Source: an uncultured Alphaproteobacteria bacterium (GTDB lineage Bacteria > Pseudomonadota > Alphaproteobacteria > SMXQ01). From it: a stretch of DNA of 64,000 bases. Below the pieces are notes generated by a model that was not told the origin of the DNA, did no database searches, and saw only the letters and a program-made list of their open reading frames with translations. Shown here piece by piece: positions 9,890-19,298 of the stretch (the stretch's first letter is position 1; each line of letters begins with the position of its first letter). The stretch is from positions 1,687,289 through 1,751,288 of the forward strand of contig CAVTBD010000002.1 of the NCBI GenBank assembly GCA_963732875.1. Direction: 5' to 3'. A program made the translations under genes and the position numbers.

Positions 9890-10255
9890 TTTCGGGGTTT
9901 GGATAAAGGGAGGGGTTCGCACGTCCTTGTTCGGACATGCGCGGGCCTCGGCCGGCATCCAGCCTGACGCCTGGAATCCCTGGGGAGAAGGGGCGGTCGG
10001 AGGAGGGCCGCCGGGGGTTACTGGGTGGCGGCAAGTCGTCCGGGCTCTTAAGCCTTCCCCCCGCCTTGCTGCGACGCGGGGTACGCGTGGGGGCACGAGG
10101 GGTGCTCCCGAGGTCGACCAGAGAAGGAATGCGTCGCAGCCCGACTGGGAAGCGCCCGCGCACTCTCCGATACGGGCCTCCCGCCCGACGGGGCGGAAAG
10201 CCTGCCGGATCCTTGGCCGACTCCCTAGGACGGTCGGCGATCGAATTCGACGATA
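9890..10255 (-). ncRNA. Candidate structured non-coding RNA downstream of a LexA-box promoter
   Basis: Nested perfect stems (9938-9946/10154-10162; 10068-10077/10131-10140; 10181-10186/10191-10196; 10216-10221/10233-10238); no credible ORF. Confidence 0.5.
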
Positions 10256-10258
10256 GCT

Positions 10259-10287
10259 ACACTAACATAGGAACATAACAAGAACAA
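10259..10287 (-). promoter_or_regulatory. Sigma70-type promoter overlapped by an alphaproteobacterial LexA (SOS) box
   Basis: GAAC-ATAACAA-GAAC at 10271-10285 (GTTC-N7-GTTC on minus); -35 TTGTTC, 17-bp spacer, -10 TAGTGT. Confidence 0.75.
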
Positions 10288-10354
10288 GTGGAATCTTCCG
10301 CTCAGACGCGAAAAATTGCGGCAGACACAAAAACTGCCCACCTAACAGGGGCAA

Positions 10355-10702
10355 TCACGGAAGCTTTCTCGTACCCTTTGGCCCCCAACGCTCCGCAACA
10401 CGTTTCTGATCCTCGGCAATACGCTTTCGTTTATCGGCAGTGCGCCGTTCCATTTCGGCAAGGCGCGCCTCTTTGGCAGCTTGCCGATCTTCATCCTCCA
10501 TCCGAAGCTCGTATGCCTTAGCAATCATGTGAATGTCGGAAAGGTGATCATCCATTTTTTCCAATATTTGTTCGGCGCCTTCTAATCTTTTGGAAAGACT
10601 GCTCAGCTCGTCCGAGCAACGCCGAACGTCGAGGGAAGCCCGCCAAACCCACCACCCAACAGCCAAAAGGATGATCGCAATGACGGCGATCTCTTCACCC
10701 AT
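10355..10702 (-). CDS. Hypothetical membrane-anchored coiled-coil protein (low GC)
   Basis: GAGG RBS, N-terminal TM helix (IAVIAIILLAVGWWVW), charged helical remainder. Confidence 0.65.
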   Translation of the reverse strand: MGEEIAVIAIILLAVGWWVWRASLDVRRCSDELSSLSKRLEGAEQILEKMDDHLSDIHMIAKAYELRMEDEDRQAAKEARLAEMERRTADKRKRIAEDQKRVAERWGPKGTRKLP

Positions 10703-10774
10703 GGTTTTTTCCTCGCTTCAAACTGAGGTGGACACATTTTGTCCTGTCATACGGACGCTTTCGGAAAGTCGTGG

Positions 10775-11470
10775 CTATTTACACCGAACATCGCGCAAAG
10801 CCCGCTTGACCTCCTGTCGAGTTAATCGGTCGAACTCTTCCACCTCTCCCGCATCGCACGCGGCAATTAAATCCTGTACGTATCGACCGCGTGGCTGTTG
10901 ACTGATGTCGGAGAGTTCTACCGATTTCTCCCAAACCCTGCCACGCTGACGCTGATAAAACGCTTTTTCTATACCGAGCAGAGGAAGCAGGAAACACCAG
11001 TGATATTTCGACTCGCGGAGAATTTCCGCACTTCTCCGCTCGATATCCTCCGGGCGCAAAGCACCTGTCGGGGCGAATGTTGCAACGGGACTTTCGGGAA
11101 TACCGGTACAGACCAACAGCCACACCTCACTGAGCCAATCGAATTCGTGCGAAGCCGCAATCTTTACCTTGCGCTCGATCGTACAACGGATGGCACCAAG
11201 AACAATGTCCGGGCTGTTCTGTGCAAACATCCCATATTGGCCGTCCGCTGCGAGCCTCCTTTCGTCGCCGCGTGTACCAGGTGCCGACCATGGATCAAGT
11301 TCCGTGACTTGAATTCCAATCTTTCGTCCATCCTTCAAATTGGCCACACAATCGACGCCCTTATCGGGTTTGCCTTGCTCGTTAGGATTGATGACTGGCG
11401 TCGAAAGGTCGAGGCGGAGCCGCAAGAGCAGCTCTTCGGCCCGCGCTCTTTCCTGTTCAAAGCTGACCAT
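10775..11470 (-). CDS. Hypothetical protein, possible PD-(D/E)XK nuclease-like fold (low GC)
   Basis: ~230-aa open frame; PDKGVD...IGIQVTE and EVWLLV patterns; start may be 11470 or 11491. Confidence 0.6.
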   Translation of the reverse strand: MVSFEQERARAEELLLRLRLDLSTPVINPNEQGKPDKGVDCVANLKDGRKIGIQVTELDPWSAPGTRGDERRLAADGQYGMFAQNSPDIVLGAIRCTIERKVKIAASHEFDWLSEVWLLVCTGIPESPVATFAPTGALRPEDIERRSAEILRESKYHWCFLLPLLGIEKAFYQRQRGRVWEKSVELSDISQQPRGRYVQDLIAACDAGEVEEFDRLTRQEVKRALRDVRCK

Positions 11471-11583
11471 TGACGTCGCGTTCCCAAGCAAGATGAAGGG
11501 GGTTCAGAATTACTGTTGCTAATTTTACTCCCCATCAAGAGTCGTGTCGCGCCCGAGGGTGGAACCACCACCCTTCTTCGCCC

Positions 11584-12369
11584 CTACAGATCCGCCGTGG
11601 TGCCCTTGAAGGCGAGGAAGCCGCCGTCGATCAAGAGGTCCATGCCGGTGCAGAACGAGGCCTCGTCCGACGCCAGATACACCGCGCCCGCGGCGATCTC
11701 GTCCACCTTGCCGGGCCTGCCCGTGAGGTAGAACTTGCCGCGCGCGCGGATCGCCTCTTCCTCGGTCTTGTAGCGCCACATGGAGCGCGGCGTGTTGATG
11801 GCGCCGGGCGAGATGGAATTGACACGGATATTGTCGCGCGCGTGGTCGATCGCCATGCAGCGGGTGAGCTCGATGATCGCCGCCTTGGACGAGCAGTAGG
11901 CGACGCGCCGCGGCACGCCGATCTGGCCGAGCTGGGAAGCGATGTTGATGACGGCGCCGCCGCCCGCCTCGGCCATGCGCGGGAGCGCGTATTTGGCCAT
12001 CAGGAAATAGCCGGTGAGATTGACCGTGAGCTCCCGGGTCCAGTCTTCCAGGGCCAGCTCGACGACGCTGCCGTCATGGGTCGGCCCGGCGGCGACATTG
12101 ACCAGCACGGTCGGCCCGCCGAACTTCTCGGCCGCGAGTTGCACCGCGCGCTCGGCCTGGGCCGGGTCGGTGACGTCCAGCGGACAGGCGACCGCGCGAC
12201 CGCCCTTGAGCTCGATCTCGGTGACGTTCTTCTCGGCACCTTCCAGGTCGATGTCGCCAAGGCACACCGCCGCGCCCTCGGCCGCGAAGCGCCGCGCGAT
12301 GGCGCCGCCGATGGCGCCCCCCGCCCCCGTGACCAGGGCCGTCTTGCCCTCCAGCCGTCCACCCGCCAT
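11584..12369 (-). CDS. Short-chain dehydrogenase/reductase
   Basis: TGAGGAIG, YCSSK; GGAG RBS. Confidence 0.9.
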   Translation of the reverse strand: MAGGRLEGKTALVTGAGGAIGGAIARRFAAEGAAVCLGDIDLEGAEKNVTEIELKGGRAVACPLDVTDPAQAERAVQLAAEKFGGPTVLVNVAAGPTHDGSVVELALEDWTRELTVNLTGYFLMAKYALPRMAEAGGGAVINIASQLGQIGVPRRVAYCSSKAAIIELTRCMAIDHARDNIRVNSISPGAINTPRSMWRYKTEEEAIRARGKFYLTGRPGKVDEIAAGAVYLASDEASFCTGMDLLIDGGFLAFKGTTADL

Positions 12370-12462
12370 GGTGTCCTCCCTATTTGTTTGTCGGGGCCTT
12401 TTCCCTTAACAGGACGCAAGTCTCGTCTAAAATCGGCGCAAAATCAAAACGGGAGGCCCTCC

Positions 12463-13443
12463 ATGAAGATCGTGTTCCACCTCATCAGCAAGCGGTTCGA
12501 CATCGCGCCGCTGCAGAAGCGCTTCCCCGGCCACGAGATCGTCGTGACCCGCGAGCTCGGCGATCTGGCGCGCGAGATTCCCGAGGCCGAGATCTTCGTC
12601 ACCTCCAACCGCCCCTACTACCCGGACATGGTCAAGGCGGTGAACGAGAACCAGAAGAAGATCAAGTGGATCCAGTTCACCACCTCGGGGATCGACAAGG
12701 CGCTACGCTCGGGCGGCTTCCCCAAAGGCGTCACGGTCACCAACTCGGCCGGGCTCGGCGCGCCGGTGCTCGCCGAGCACGCGTTCTACCTGTTCATGTC
12801 GGTGGGCCGGCGCATGCGCGACACCGAGGCGGCGGCAAAGAAGCACGAATGGATCCGCGACGAGGTCTCGCCCTCGGTCATCGCCATGACCTTCAAGACG
12901 CTCGTCATCATCGGCATGGGCGCGACCGGCCAGGAGGCGGCGCGGCGCGCCAAGGCGTTCCACATGAAGGTGGTCGGTGTGTCGCGCGGCTACCAGCCCG
13001 ACGCACTGGTGGACGAGGTGTTCCCGCGCGAGCGCGTGAAAGAAGCGCTGGCCAAGGCCGATTTCGTGCTGCTCTCCATGCCCGCGGTGGCCGAGACCGT
13101 GAACTTCATCAACGACGAGACGCTCGCCGCCATGAAGCCCACCGCGATCATCGCCAATGTCGCGCGCGGCGACCTGATCGACGAGGACGCGCTGGTGCGC
13201 GCCTGCCGCGAGGGCCGCATCGGTGGCGCCGGGCTCGACGTCACCAAGGACGAGCCGCTGCCCGCCGACAGCCCGCTGTGGGACGAGCCCCGTATCATCG
13301 TCACGCCGCACATCGCCGGCACCGGCGCGGACAAGGACAACAACCGGCGGCTGCTCGACATCATCGCCGACAACATGGAACGCTACTTCGCCGGCAAGCC
13401 GCTCACCCGCGTGCTCGACTGGGAGGCCATGAAGCCCGAGTGA
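12463..13443 (+). CDS. D-isomer-specific 2-hydroxyacid dehydrogenase
   Basis: GGGAGG RBS; GMGATG, NVARG, DVTKDEPLP, TPHIAG. Confidence 0.9.
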   Translation: MKIVFHLISKRFDIAPLQKRFPGHEIVVTRELGDLAREIPEAEIFVTSNRPYYPDMVKAVNENQKKIKWIQFTTSGIDKALRSGGFPKGVTVTNSAGLGAPVLAEHAFYLFMSVGRRMRDTEAAAKKHEWIRDEVSPSVIAMTFKTLVIIGMGATGQEAARRAKAFHMKVVGVSRGYQPDALVDEVFPRERVKEALAKADFVLLSMPAVAETVNFINDETLAAMKPTAIIANVARGDLIDEDALVRACREGRIGGAGLDVTKDEPLPADSPLWDEPRIIVTPHIAGTGADKDNNRRLLDIIADNMERYFAGKPLTRVLDWEAMKPE

Positions 13444-13461
13444 GGCGCGTCCCGTGACGCC

Positions 13462-13614
13462 CTAAAGCATGTTTCCGTTAGGTGGGAACGCCCCCCTCAC
13501 CCTTCCCTCTCCCCCCAGAGGGGGGAGAGGGTTGCAAAGGGTTGGCGAGGCGAAGCCGAACCTACCCGGAGCTGGGTGAGGGGGACTTTTCAAACTCGAA
13601 GAAACTTGCCTCAG
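13462..13614. repeat. REP-like CCCTCACCC/CCCTCTCCC...GGGAGAGGG/GGGTGAGGG element nested within RIME-like ends
   Basis: ccccctcaccc (13492) pairs with gggtgagggg (to 13584); inner ccctctcccccc/ggggggagaggg; outer gcatgtttc/gaaacttgc. Confidence 0.7.
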
Positions 13615-14606
13615 AGCGTGAGCGGGTTGCCGGCGGAATCGACCAGGTTGCGCAGCGGCCGCCCGTCGAGGAAGCGGCGCATGTTGTCCTCGAACAATTC
13701 GCGCATGCGTTCCCGCTCGGCGCCGCGCGCCTGGCCCGCGACATGGGGGTCCATCAGCACGTTGTCCATGTCCCACAGCGGACTGTCGGCGGGCAGCGGC
13801 TCGGTCTCGAACACGTCGAGGCCGGCGCCGAGGATGCGGCCTTCCCGCAGTGCCGCGATCAGGGCGGCCTCGTCGATCAGCGCGCCGCGCGCCACGTTGA
13901 CCACGGCGGCGGTCTTTTTCATCGCCGCTAACTCGGGCGCACCGATCATGTGATGCGTGCCCGCGTCGTAGGCGGTCGCCAGCATGACCACGTCGGCCTC
14001 GGGCAGCACGTCGCGCAAGGAGTCGCGCGGTACCACCCGGTCGAAATCGCCACCCACGGCGCCGGCCCGGCTCACGCCGATCACGGTCATGTCGAACGCC
14101 TTGGCCTTGTGCGCGATGGCGTGCCCGACGTCGCCCATGCCGCACAGCACCATGGTGCCCTCGTCGGTCGGCACCAGCCACGGGAACATCTCGTCGCGCG
14201 CCCACTGGCGCGCGCGGCGGTACTTGCGGTAGGGCGCGAGCCCGCGCATGACGCCGAGCATCAGGCAGATGGCGTGGGACGAGAGAATGCCCGTGCGCAC
14301 GCCGCGCACGTTGGTGATGGCGACACCTCGGGAAAGCCGTCCTCGGGCGCGCCGTCGATGCCGACGGTGGCGAACTGGACCCATCTGAGGCGCTGCGCGG
14401 CTGGCCGCGACGATCTCCGCCACCTCGCGGTCGTACCAGGGATTGGTGACGGTGAGCACGTCGGCATCACTGATCTCGCGCGCGAGCGCCGGCACCCCGT
14501 CCACATTGACGAAGCGCACCTTGGGGAAGGATGCGCGGAACGCCGCGTCCACCATGTCGTGGTGGGGCTGGATGAACTGGACGACCTTGATGCCGCGTTC
14601 GGCCAT
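13611..14606 (-). CDS. D-2-hydroxyacid dehydrogenase (two compensating 1-bp indels near 14330 and 14395)
   Basis: GMGDVG, NVARG, DVFETEPLP, DPHVAG; the conserved RLRWVQFATVGID segment lies in another frame. Confidence 0.85.
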   Translation of the reverse strand: MAERGIKVVQFIQPHHDMVDAAFRASFPKVRFVNVDGVPALAREISDADVLTVTNPWYDREVAEIVAASRAAPQMGPVRHRRHRRRARGRLSRGVAITNVRGVRTGILSSHAICLMLGVMRGLAPYRKYRRARQWARDEMFPWLVPTDEGTMVLCGMGDVGHAIAHKAKAFDMTVIGVSRAGAVGGDFDRVVPRDSLRDVLPEADVVMLATAYDAGTHHMIGAPELAAMKKTAAVVNVARGALIDEAALIAALREGRILGAGLDVFETEPLPADSPLWDMDNVLMDPHVAGQARGAERERMRELFEDNMRRFLDGRPLRNLVDSAGNPLTL

Positions 14607-14620
14607 CGGCCGGGCGGCGC

Positions 14621-15142
14621 TCAGCGGAAGAAGGCTCCCGGCTTGAACACGCACGGGATGGCGTTGTTCTTCGACGAGTTGCCGATCATGGGCGTGCCGT
14701 CGCCGAGCACGCGGCCGTAGGGGCTTTTGGACGCGTCCACGGTCGCGCCGACGCGCAGCATCACCAGCGGCTCACCGCCCGACGCGGTGAAGGTATAGAG
14801 GCAGTTGCGCGGCAGCATGATGCCCTGGTGCTTCTTCACCATGGAGGTCTCGCCGCCCGGTCCGACGAACTCGGCGGCGCCCATGAGGACGACGAAGGCA
14901 TGGTCCTCGTTGGTGTGGGTGTGCAGGATGTTCTCGCCGTCCTCGGGGGAATAGACGTTGAGGAAGATCGACATGCGGTCGGTGTGCGCCAAGTAGGTGC
15001 GGTCGTTCCCCTGCTCCGGGATCGGGCTCTCCATGGTGAACACGGTCGGCTTCTTCGCATCCGCGTCGAAGCCGATCTTCTCCATCAGCCGTTCCATGGT
15101 GCCGGTGGGGGCGTCGATGACGTGGTCGGGTGCGGTCTTCAT
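14621..15142 (-). CDS. Cupin-domain protein
   Basis: ENILHTHTNEDHAFVVLMG cupin metal motif, GIMLPRN. Confidence 0.8.
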   Translation of the reverse strand: MKTAPDHVIDAPTGTMERLMEKIGFDADAKKPTVFTMESPIPEQGNDRTYLAHTDRMSIFLNVYSPEDGENILHTHTNEDHAFVVLMGAAEFVGPGGETSMVKKHQGIMLPRNCLYTFTASGGEPLVMLRVGATVDASKSPYGRVLGDGTPMIGNSSKNNAIPCVFKPGAFFR

Positions 15143-15167
15143 GGCGGTTCTCCCTGTGCAGTCAGTG

Positions 15168-16148
15168 TCAGGCCCCGGCGGGTTCTCGGATCACGTTCTT
15201 GAGGGGCTTTCCGTCAAGATACCGGCGGGTGTTCTCGCGAACAAGGGCGGACAGGCGCACCCACTGGTCGTCCCCGCCCTGGCCGCCGAGATGGGGCGTG
15301 ATGATCAGGTTGGCGAGGTCCCAGAAACCGCTGTCTTCGGGCAGCGGCTCGTCCTCGAACACGTCGAGGCCGGCGCCGGCGATGCGTCCCGCCGCGAGAT
15401 GGGCGATCAGCGCCGCCTCGTCCACCACCGGCCCGCGCGAGATATTGACCAGCACCGCCGACGGCTTCAGGAGGGCGAGTTCGCCCGCGCCGATGAAGCC
15501 GCGCGTGTCCTCGTCGAGCGGCATGGCGATCATCACCGCGTCGGCGTCGGGCAGCACCGCACGCACGTCCTCGCGCGCGACCACCCGGTCGATGTCGGGC
15601 GAGGCCGGCGCGCCCGCGCGCGTGACGCAGATCACCTCCATGTCGAGCGCCTTCGCCTTGCGCGCGATGTCCTGGCCGATGCGCCCCATGCCGCACAGCA
15701 CCATGGTGGCGCCCTCGGGTGAGATCATGTGGGGCAGCATCTCGTCGCGCCCCCATTGGTGGGCGAGGCGGAACGGCTCGTAGTGCTGGAAGCCGCGCAT
15801 GCAGGCGAGCATCAGACCGATGGCGTGGCCCGACAGGATGGTCTGGCGCACGTTGCCGATGTTGGTGACGGTGACGTTGCCGGGCAGGCCCGCCGCCTCG
15901 GCATGGTCGGTGCCGACCGTGGTGAACTGGATCCAGCGCAACGCCTTGCCATGACGCGCGATGGCGCGGCCGACCTCGGGCGTGAAGAAGGAATCGTTGA
16001 TGTGGAAGATCTCGGCGCCGTCGAGCGCCGCCTCGAGCTCGGCGACGGTCGCCGGGCGCACCGAGTCGATCTCGGGAAAGTCGCGCAGGAACGCCGCGTC
16101 GACGACGTCGTGATAGTCGCGGCAGTACCGCACGATGCGGACCGGCAT
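15168..16148 (-). CDS. D-2-hydroxyacid dehydrogenase
   Basis: GMGRIG, NISRG, DVFEDEPLP, TPHLGG; paralog of 13611-14606. Confidence 0.9.
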   Translation of the reverse strand: MPVRIVRYCRDYHDVVDAAFLRDFPEIDSVRPATVAELEAALDGAEIFHINDSFFTPEVGRAIARHGKALRWIQFTTVGTDHAEAAGLPGNVTVTNIGNVRQTILSGHAIGLMLACMRGFQHYEPFRLAHQWGRDEMLPHMISPEGATMVLCGMGRIGQDIARKAKALDMEVICVTRAGAPASPDIDRVVAREDVRAVLPDADAVMIAMPLDEDTRGFIGAGELALLKPSAVLVNISRGPVVDEAALIAHLAAGRIAGAGLDVFEDEPLPEDSGFWDLANLIITPHLGGQGGDDQWVRLSALVRENTRRYLDGKPLKNVIREPAGA

Positions 16149-16272
16149 GGCTTCTCCCCGTTGACTGCGGCCCGGCGGGCAACAGTGTATTTCGTTTGTT
16201 CCCTTCATAGGGCTTGACTAGAGTGAGATCAATCGCCCGGCATCGACACGGGCGCGCGGATCGGGAGGAACC

Positions 16273-17157
16273 ATGGCGAATCAGGTACTTGCGGGAAAGG
16301 TGGCGATCGTCACCGGCGGCGGGCGCGGCATGGGCCGCGAAATGGCGCGCGCCTTTGCCCGCGCGGGCGCAGCAGGCATCTGCGTCACGTCGGGGTCGTC
16401 ACCCGATGAAACCCGGGAGGCAGCGGAAGAGATCGATCGGATCGCCGGGCGCAAGGGCGCCGGCCTCGGCCTCACCGCCGACGTGCGCGACGCCGAAGCC
16501 TGCGCCGAAGCGGTCGCGCGGACGGTCGAGACATTCGGCGCGCTGCACATCCTCGTCAACAACGCCGGTCTCGGCATGAAGAACGCCCAGCCCGCCGGCC
16601 AGCACGGTCCGTTCTGGGAAACGGATTCGGAAGGCTGGGACAAGGTGATGGCGGTCAACGTGTGCGGCCCCTTCCACATGGCGAAACCCGCCGCACCCCA
16701 CCTCGTCGAGGCCGGCTGGGGACGCGTCATCAACGTCTCGAAAAGTATCGATTCGATGCACGAGGCGCGCAATTCCCCCTACGGCCCGTCCAAGGCGGCG
16801 GTGGAGGCGATGACCATCTGCTGGGCGCAGGATTTCCTCGGCACCGGCGTGACCGCCAACGTCATCCTGCCCGGCGGCTTCACCGCGACGACGTTTTCGC
16901 GCCCGGGCGCGGTGGAAAAGGCGCGCGCGGCCGGCCGCAAGGTGTACGAGCCCGAGGACATCGCGCCGCTCGCCGTCGCGCTCGCCTCCGAGGCCTCCGC
17001 CCGCTACAGCGGCTGCCGCTTCATCGCGCGTGCGTGGCAGGGCGGCCTGCCGCCGGCAGACGCGCTGGAAGCTTGCCGCACGCCGGCGATCTTCCCCAAA
17101 CCCCGGCGCAAGCGCGCGTTGCTCACGGCGTGGGAGCCCGCCGCCGCCGATGGCTGA
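16273..17157 (+). CDS. Short-chain dehydrogenase/reductase
   Basis: TGGGRGMG, NNAG, YGPSK. Confidence 0.9.
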   Translation: MANQVLAGKVAIVTGGGRGMGREMARAFARAGAAGICVTSGSSPDETREAAEEIDRIAGRKGAGLGLTADVRDAEACAEAVARTVETFGALHILVNNAGLGMKNAQPAGQHGPFWETDSEGWDKVMAVNVCGPFHMAKPAAPHLVEAGWGRVINVSKSIDSMHEARNSPYGPSKAAVEAMTICWAQDFLGTGVTANVILPGGFTATTFSRPGAVEKARAAGRKVYEPEDIAPLAVALASEASARYSGCRFIARAWQGGLPPADALEACRTPAIFPKPRRKRALLTAWEPAAADG

Positions 17158-18532
17158 CGGATACGATCCGCGCGCGCCGCGCGCGAAGAGCTTCTGCGAG
17201 ACGCGCGCCGACTTTCGCGCCGGGCGCGACACGCCAAGCGCGTATCTCGCGCGCCATATCGCGCGGATCGAGGCGCGCGAGCCCGCGCTCCACGCCTTCA
17301 CCGTGCTCGACCTCGGCCGTGCCCGCGCCGCGGCACAAACCGCCGACGCACGCTACCGCGCGGGCAAGCCGGTTTCGCCGGTGGACGGCCTGCCGATCGC
17401 GCTCAAGGACATCTTCGAGGTCGCCGGCCTGCCCACCACCTGGGGCGTGCCGGGCGCGCCCCATGCCGCGTGGCGCGACGCGGCGATCGTGCACGCGCTG
17501 AAAAAGGGCGGCGCCGTGATCGTCGGCAAGACCGCGCTCCCCGAGCTCGGCTTCGGCCGGCCCGCCGCCACGGTCAACCCGTGGGACGCCAGCCGCTCGC
17601 CCGGCGGCTCGTCGTCGGGCTCGGCCGCCGCCACCGGCGCGGGGCTGGTGCCGGTCGCCATCGGCACCCAGGGCAAGGGCTCGCTCACCCGGCCCGCGAG
17701 CTATTGCGGCGTGTTCGGCTTCAAGCCCGGCCACGGCACCATCCATCGCGGCGGCGACGGCGGCGGCCAGGAGACCAATACCCATGTCGGCACGCTCGCG
17801 GCGCACCTCGGCGATGCCTGGGCGGTGGCGCGCTGGCTGTCGGAGGAAGCGGGGCCGCATCCCGGCCATGTCGGGATCGAGGGGCCGGCCGAGCTGCCGG
17901 CGGCGGTGAAGCCCAAGCGCCTGGTGCGCCTCGAAGGGCCCGGCCGGCGCGCGACCGAGGCCGTGGCGCAGCACGCCTGCGACGCGCTGCTCGGCGGCAT
18001 CGCCGGGACCGGCGTGGCGGTCGCGGGCGCAAGTGAGGACGCGGCGACGCGCGCGCTCGAGGCCGACATGGAAGCCGCCGCCGAGGCGCTCGACGCCATC
18101 GCCGACTACGAATCGCGCTGGCCGCTGATCATGTACCTGGAGCAGGCGAAGGGTGCCGCGAACAGCCCCTACTCCGACCGGGTGATCGAGCGCGGGCTCA
18201 AGCGCGGCCAAGTCGCGCGCGCGACCTATCACGAGGCGCTGGGTTTTCGCGAATCCTACCGCGCCAAGCTGGCGGCGTGCCGCGCCGAGGGCCTGTTTCT
18301 GGTCTCGCCGTCCGCCACCGGCGGCCCGCCGGCCGTGACCGACGGCTCCACCGGCTCCTCCGTCTACCAGTGGGCCTCCTCGCTGGCCGGCAACCCGGTC
18401 GTGAGCCTGCCGTTCATGGCGGTGGGCGGCCTGCCGTTCGGGCTCCAGCTGCAGGGCTTCAACGGCGCGGACGCGGCGATGATGGCGGCGGCACGCTGGC
18501 TCGACGAGGCCTTCATGCAGGACACGTTCTGA
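17150..18532 (+). CDS. Amidase signature family protein
   Basis: GLPIALKD, PGGSSSGSAAA, GTQGKGSLTRPASYCG; overlaps the SDR stop. Confidence 0.9.
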   Translation: MADGYDPRAPRAKSFCETRADFRAGRDTPSAYLARHIARIEAREPALHAFTVLDLGRARAAAQTADARYRAGKPVSPVDGLPIALKDIFEVAGLPTTWGVPGAPHAAWRDAAIVHALKKGGAVIVGKTALPELGFGRPAATVNPWDASRSPGGSSSGSAAATGAGLVPVAIGTQGKGSLTRPASYCGVFGFKPGHGTIHRGGDGGGQETNTHVGTLAAHLGDAWAVARWLSEEAGPHPGHVGIEGPAELPAAVKPKRLVRLEGPGRRATEAVAQHACDALLGGIAGTGVAVAGASEDAATRALEADMEAAAEALDAIADYESRWPLIMYLEQAKGAANSPYSDRVIERGLKRGQVARATYHEALGFRESYRAKLAACRAEGLFLVSPSATGGPPAVTDGSTGSSVYQWASSLAGNPVVSLPFMAVGGLPFGLQLQGFNGADAAMMAAARWLDEAFMQDTF

Positions 18533-18546
18533 ATGCGCGGTTCGCG

Positions 18547-19210
18547 CTAGACGGAAAAGCCGAAGTTAGCCGCGAGAGGGCCGATGTTGACCGCGAGGAT
18601 ATAGAGCGTGCCCGCGCTCACCACGAAGGCGAACGCCGCGAGCAGCCCGTCGTGGGCGGTGAGCGCGAGGCCGAACATCGAGAACGCGAGCCCCGGCACG
18701 TGGGAGGCGAACGGCACCAGCTCGAGCAGCGGGATCGGCAGCGCGATCACGACGCACGCCCCGGCGACGACGTAGATCGCCGGCCGCTCGGTCAGCCACG
18801 ACTGGCGTGGACAGATCATCCGGTCGACCACGCGCGCCGTCGGTCGCGCCGCATCGAGCGCCTTGCGGAATTTCTCCTTGGGGAGATGGCGCTTGCAGGA
18901 TCACCCGGGGCAGCCAGATGCCGCCACCGCGCCCGATCAGGAGCTGGCCCGCGATCAGCAGCACGCTCGCCGCACAGGTGGTCGGCACCAGCGGGATCGT
19001 GGCGAGCGTCACCAGGATCAGGCCGACCACCAGGAGCGCCGGGCCGAACGAGCGCTGGCCGATCTCGCGGTGGACGTCGGCGACCGCGATGTCGCCCTCG
19101 CCTTGCGCCAGCGCCGCGAGGGTATCGAGCATGCCCTGGAGGTTGCGGGGAAGCGCGCGGGAGGACTTGCGCAGCCGCACGCGCGGCGTTTTGGAGGGGC
19201 GGGCTACCAT
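18547..19210 (-). CDS. Exopolysaccharide synthesis ExoD family membrane protein (1-bp frameshift near 18895)
   Basis: GQRSFGPALL, QLLIGR...IWLP, then PLLELVPFA...GLALTAHDGL in the second frame; start uncertain. Confidence 0.75.
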
Positions 19211-19298
19211 AATCCTGTACCGATGGCCGAGACGGGCTTTCCCCACTAACGCATGGGCGCCCGATTCGTGCCGCCGGGACCGGCGTTATTTGCGCCCG

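Noticed and set aside
10030-10050. aagtcgtccgggctc resembling the RNase P RNA GAGGAAAGUCCGGGCUC motif
   Set aside because: The other universal RNase P elements (AGUGCCACAGAAA, terminal AGAACCCGGCUUA) are absent and the promoter points the other way.
9687-10256. ORFs of 110-223 aa over the structured element
   Set aside because: Pro/Arg/Gly-rich, no RBS, no host codon bias, and they run through a REP palindrome.
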